A DNA stretch of 64,000 nt, the filler included, from Stramenopiles sp. TOSAG23-3 (lineage: Eukaryota): NCBI GenBank assembly GCA_900128585.1. It is 6 parts of 6 records of this genome, joined end to end, with 100 filler letters (N's around TTAATTAATTAA, not from the genome) between each part and the next. Parts side by side here need not be neighbours in the genome. Positions count along the whole stretch, not along the records: positions 62,191 to 64,000 come from LT645357.1; 5 more parts are not named here. The stretch is one strand, 5' to 3'. This document shows, piece by piece, positions 63,571-64,000 of the stretch (its first letter is position 1; the number at the start of each line of letters is the position of its first letter). The position numbers and the translations under genes were made by a program. The notes under the pieces were generated by a model that did no database searches, was not told the DNA's origin, and was given only the letters and a program-made list of their open reading frames with translations.

Positions 63571-63921
63571 CCCGCCGCGCGTTTGCAAACGAAGTTTTAG
63601 TACCAGGCACCCGTGCGCGTGAAGTAAGTCTCAAACGCTTACGCCAAATCAATCGTGATAAAAATCCACACACAGCTATAAATTTTCCTGCGAGGTAATC
63701 TGCAACGGTCACTGTCTGTTTATCGAAGCAACGCTATCTAAGAACATTTAGAATAATAGAACGATTTGTCAGAAAAATGTCTATCGTTTCGTTCATTGGT
63801 TTCAATTAATAAAACACCACATCTCAGTCCACTCCCCTGGCTGCTGGTCGATGGCCGCAAGGTTAAAACCTGGTACGTACCTGTACTGCACACTACAAGA
63901 AAATTACACCGTCTCTCCTCA

Positions 63922-64000
63922 TTCTTCTTTCTTCTTCTTCTTCTTCTTTCTTCTTCTTCTTCTTCTTCTTCTTCTTCTTCTTCTTCTTCTTCTTCTTCTT
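63922..64000 (+). repeat. (TTC)n microsatellite
   Basis: Directly visible. Confidence 0.95.

Overview
Eukaryotic, gene-dense and apparently almost intron-free DNA. About 27 single-exon CDSs of roughly 45-60% GC are separated by very AT-rich spacers full of (GAA/TTC)n and (AAAG)n microsatellites. The window is not one locus. It is six contigs joined by artificial 100-nt linkers (N44-TTAATTAATTAA-N44) at 15005, 30078, 45123, 60143 and 62091, so adjacency across a linker means nothing. Gene content (a PX-TM-PH phospholipase D like the oomycete PXTM class, IQ and coiled-coil proteins, a bacterial-type DUF5703 glycosidase) suggests a heterotrophic flagellated protist, probably a stramenopile single-cell or metagenome assembly; this is inference. 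Recognisable genes include a Gfo/Idh/MocA oxidoreductase, an SDR, a mitochondrial carrier, a MAP2K-like kinase, an ADP-ribosylglycohydrolase-fold protein, the RTEL1 3' end, an MFSD6-like MFS, ABCC/MRP, PLD, two purple acid phosphatases, a PDZ-ankyrin-U-box protein and ESS2. Best leads: (1) a candidate 7TM ion channel of the insect odorant/gustatory receptor and DUF3537 superfamily at 27781-29088; (2) a dispersed non-coding TAACAGCCAATTTTC element downstream of stop codons on three contigs, arrayed at 21400-21718; (3) a secreted His-rich, defensin-tipped, membrane-hairpin protein at 585-2378; (4) a membrane-protein ORF in frame one codon after the PLD stop; (5) several pseudo-enzymes and apparent frameshifts. 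All calls are by-eye motif recognition, with no database search.
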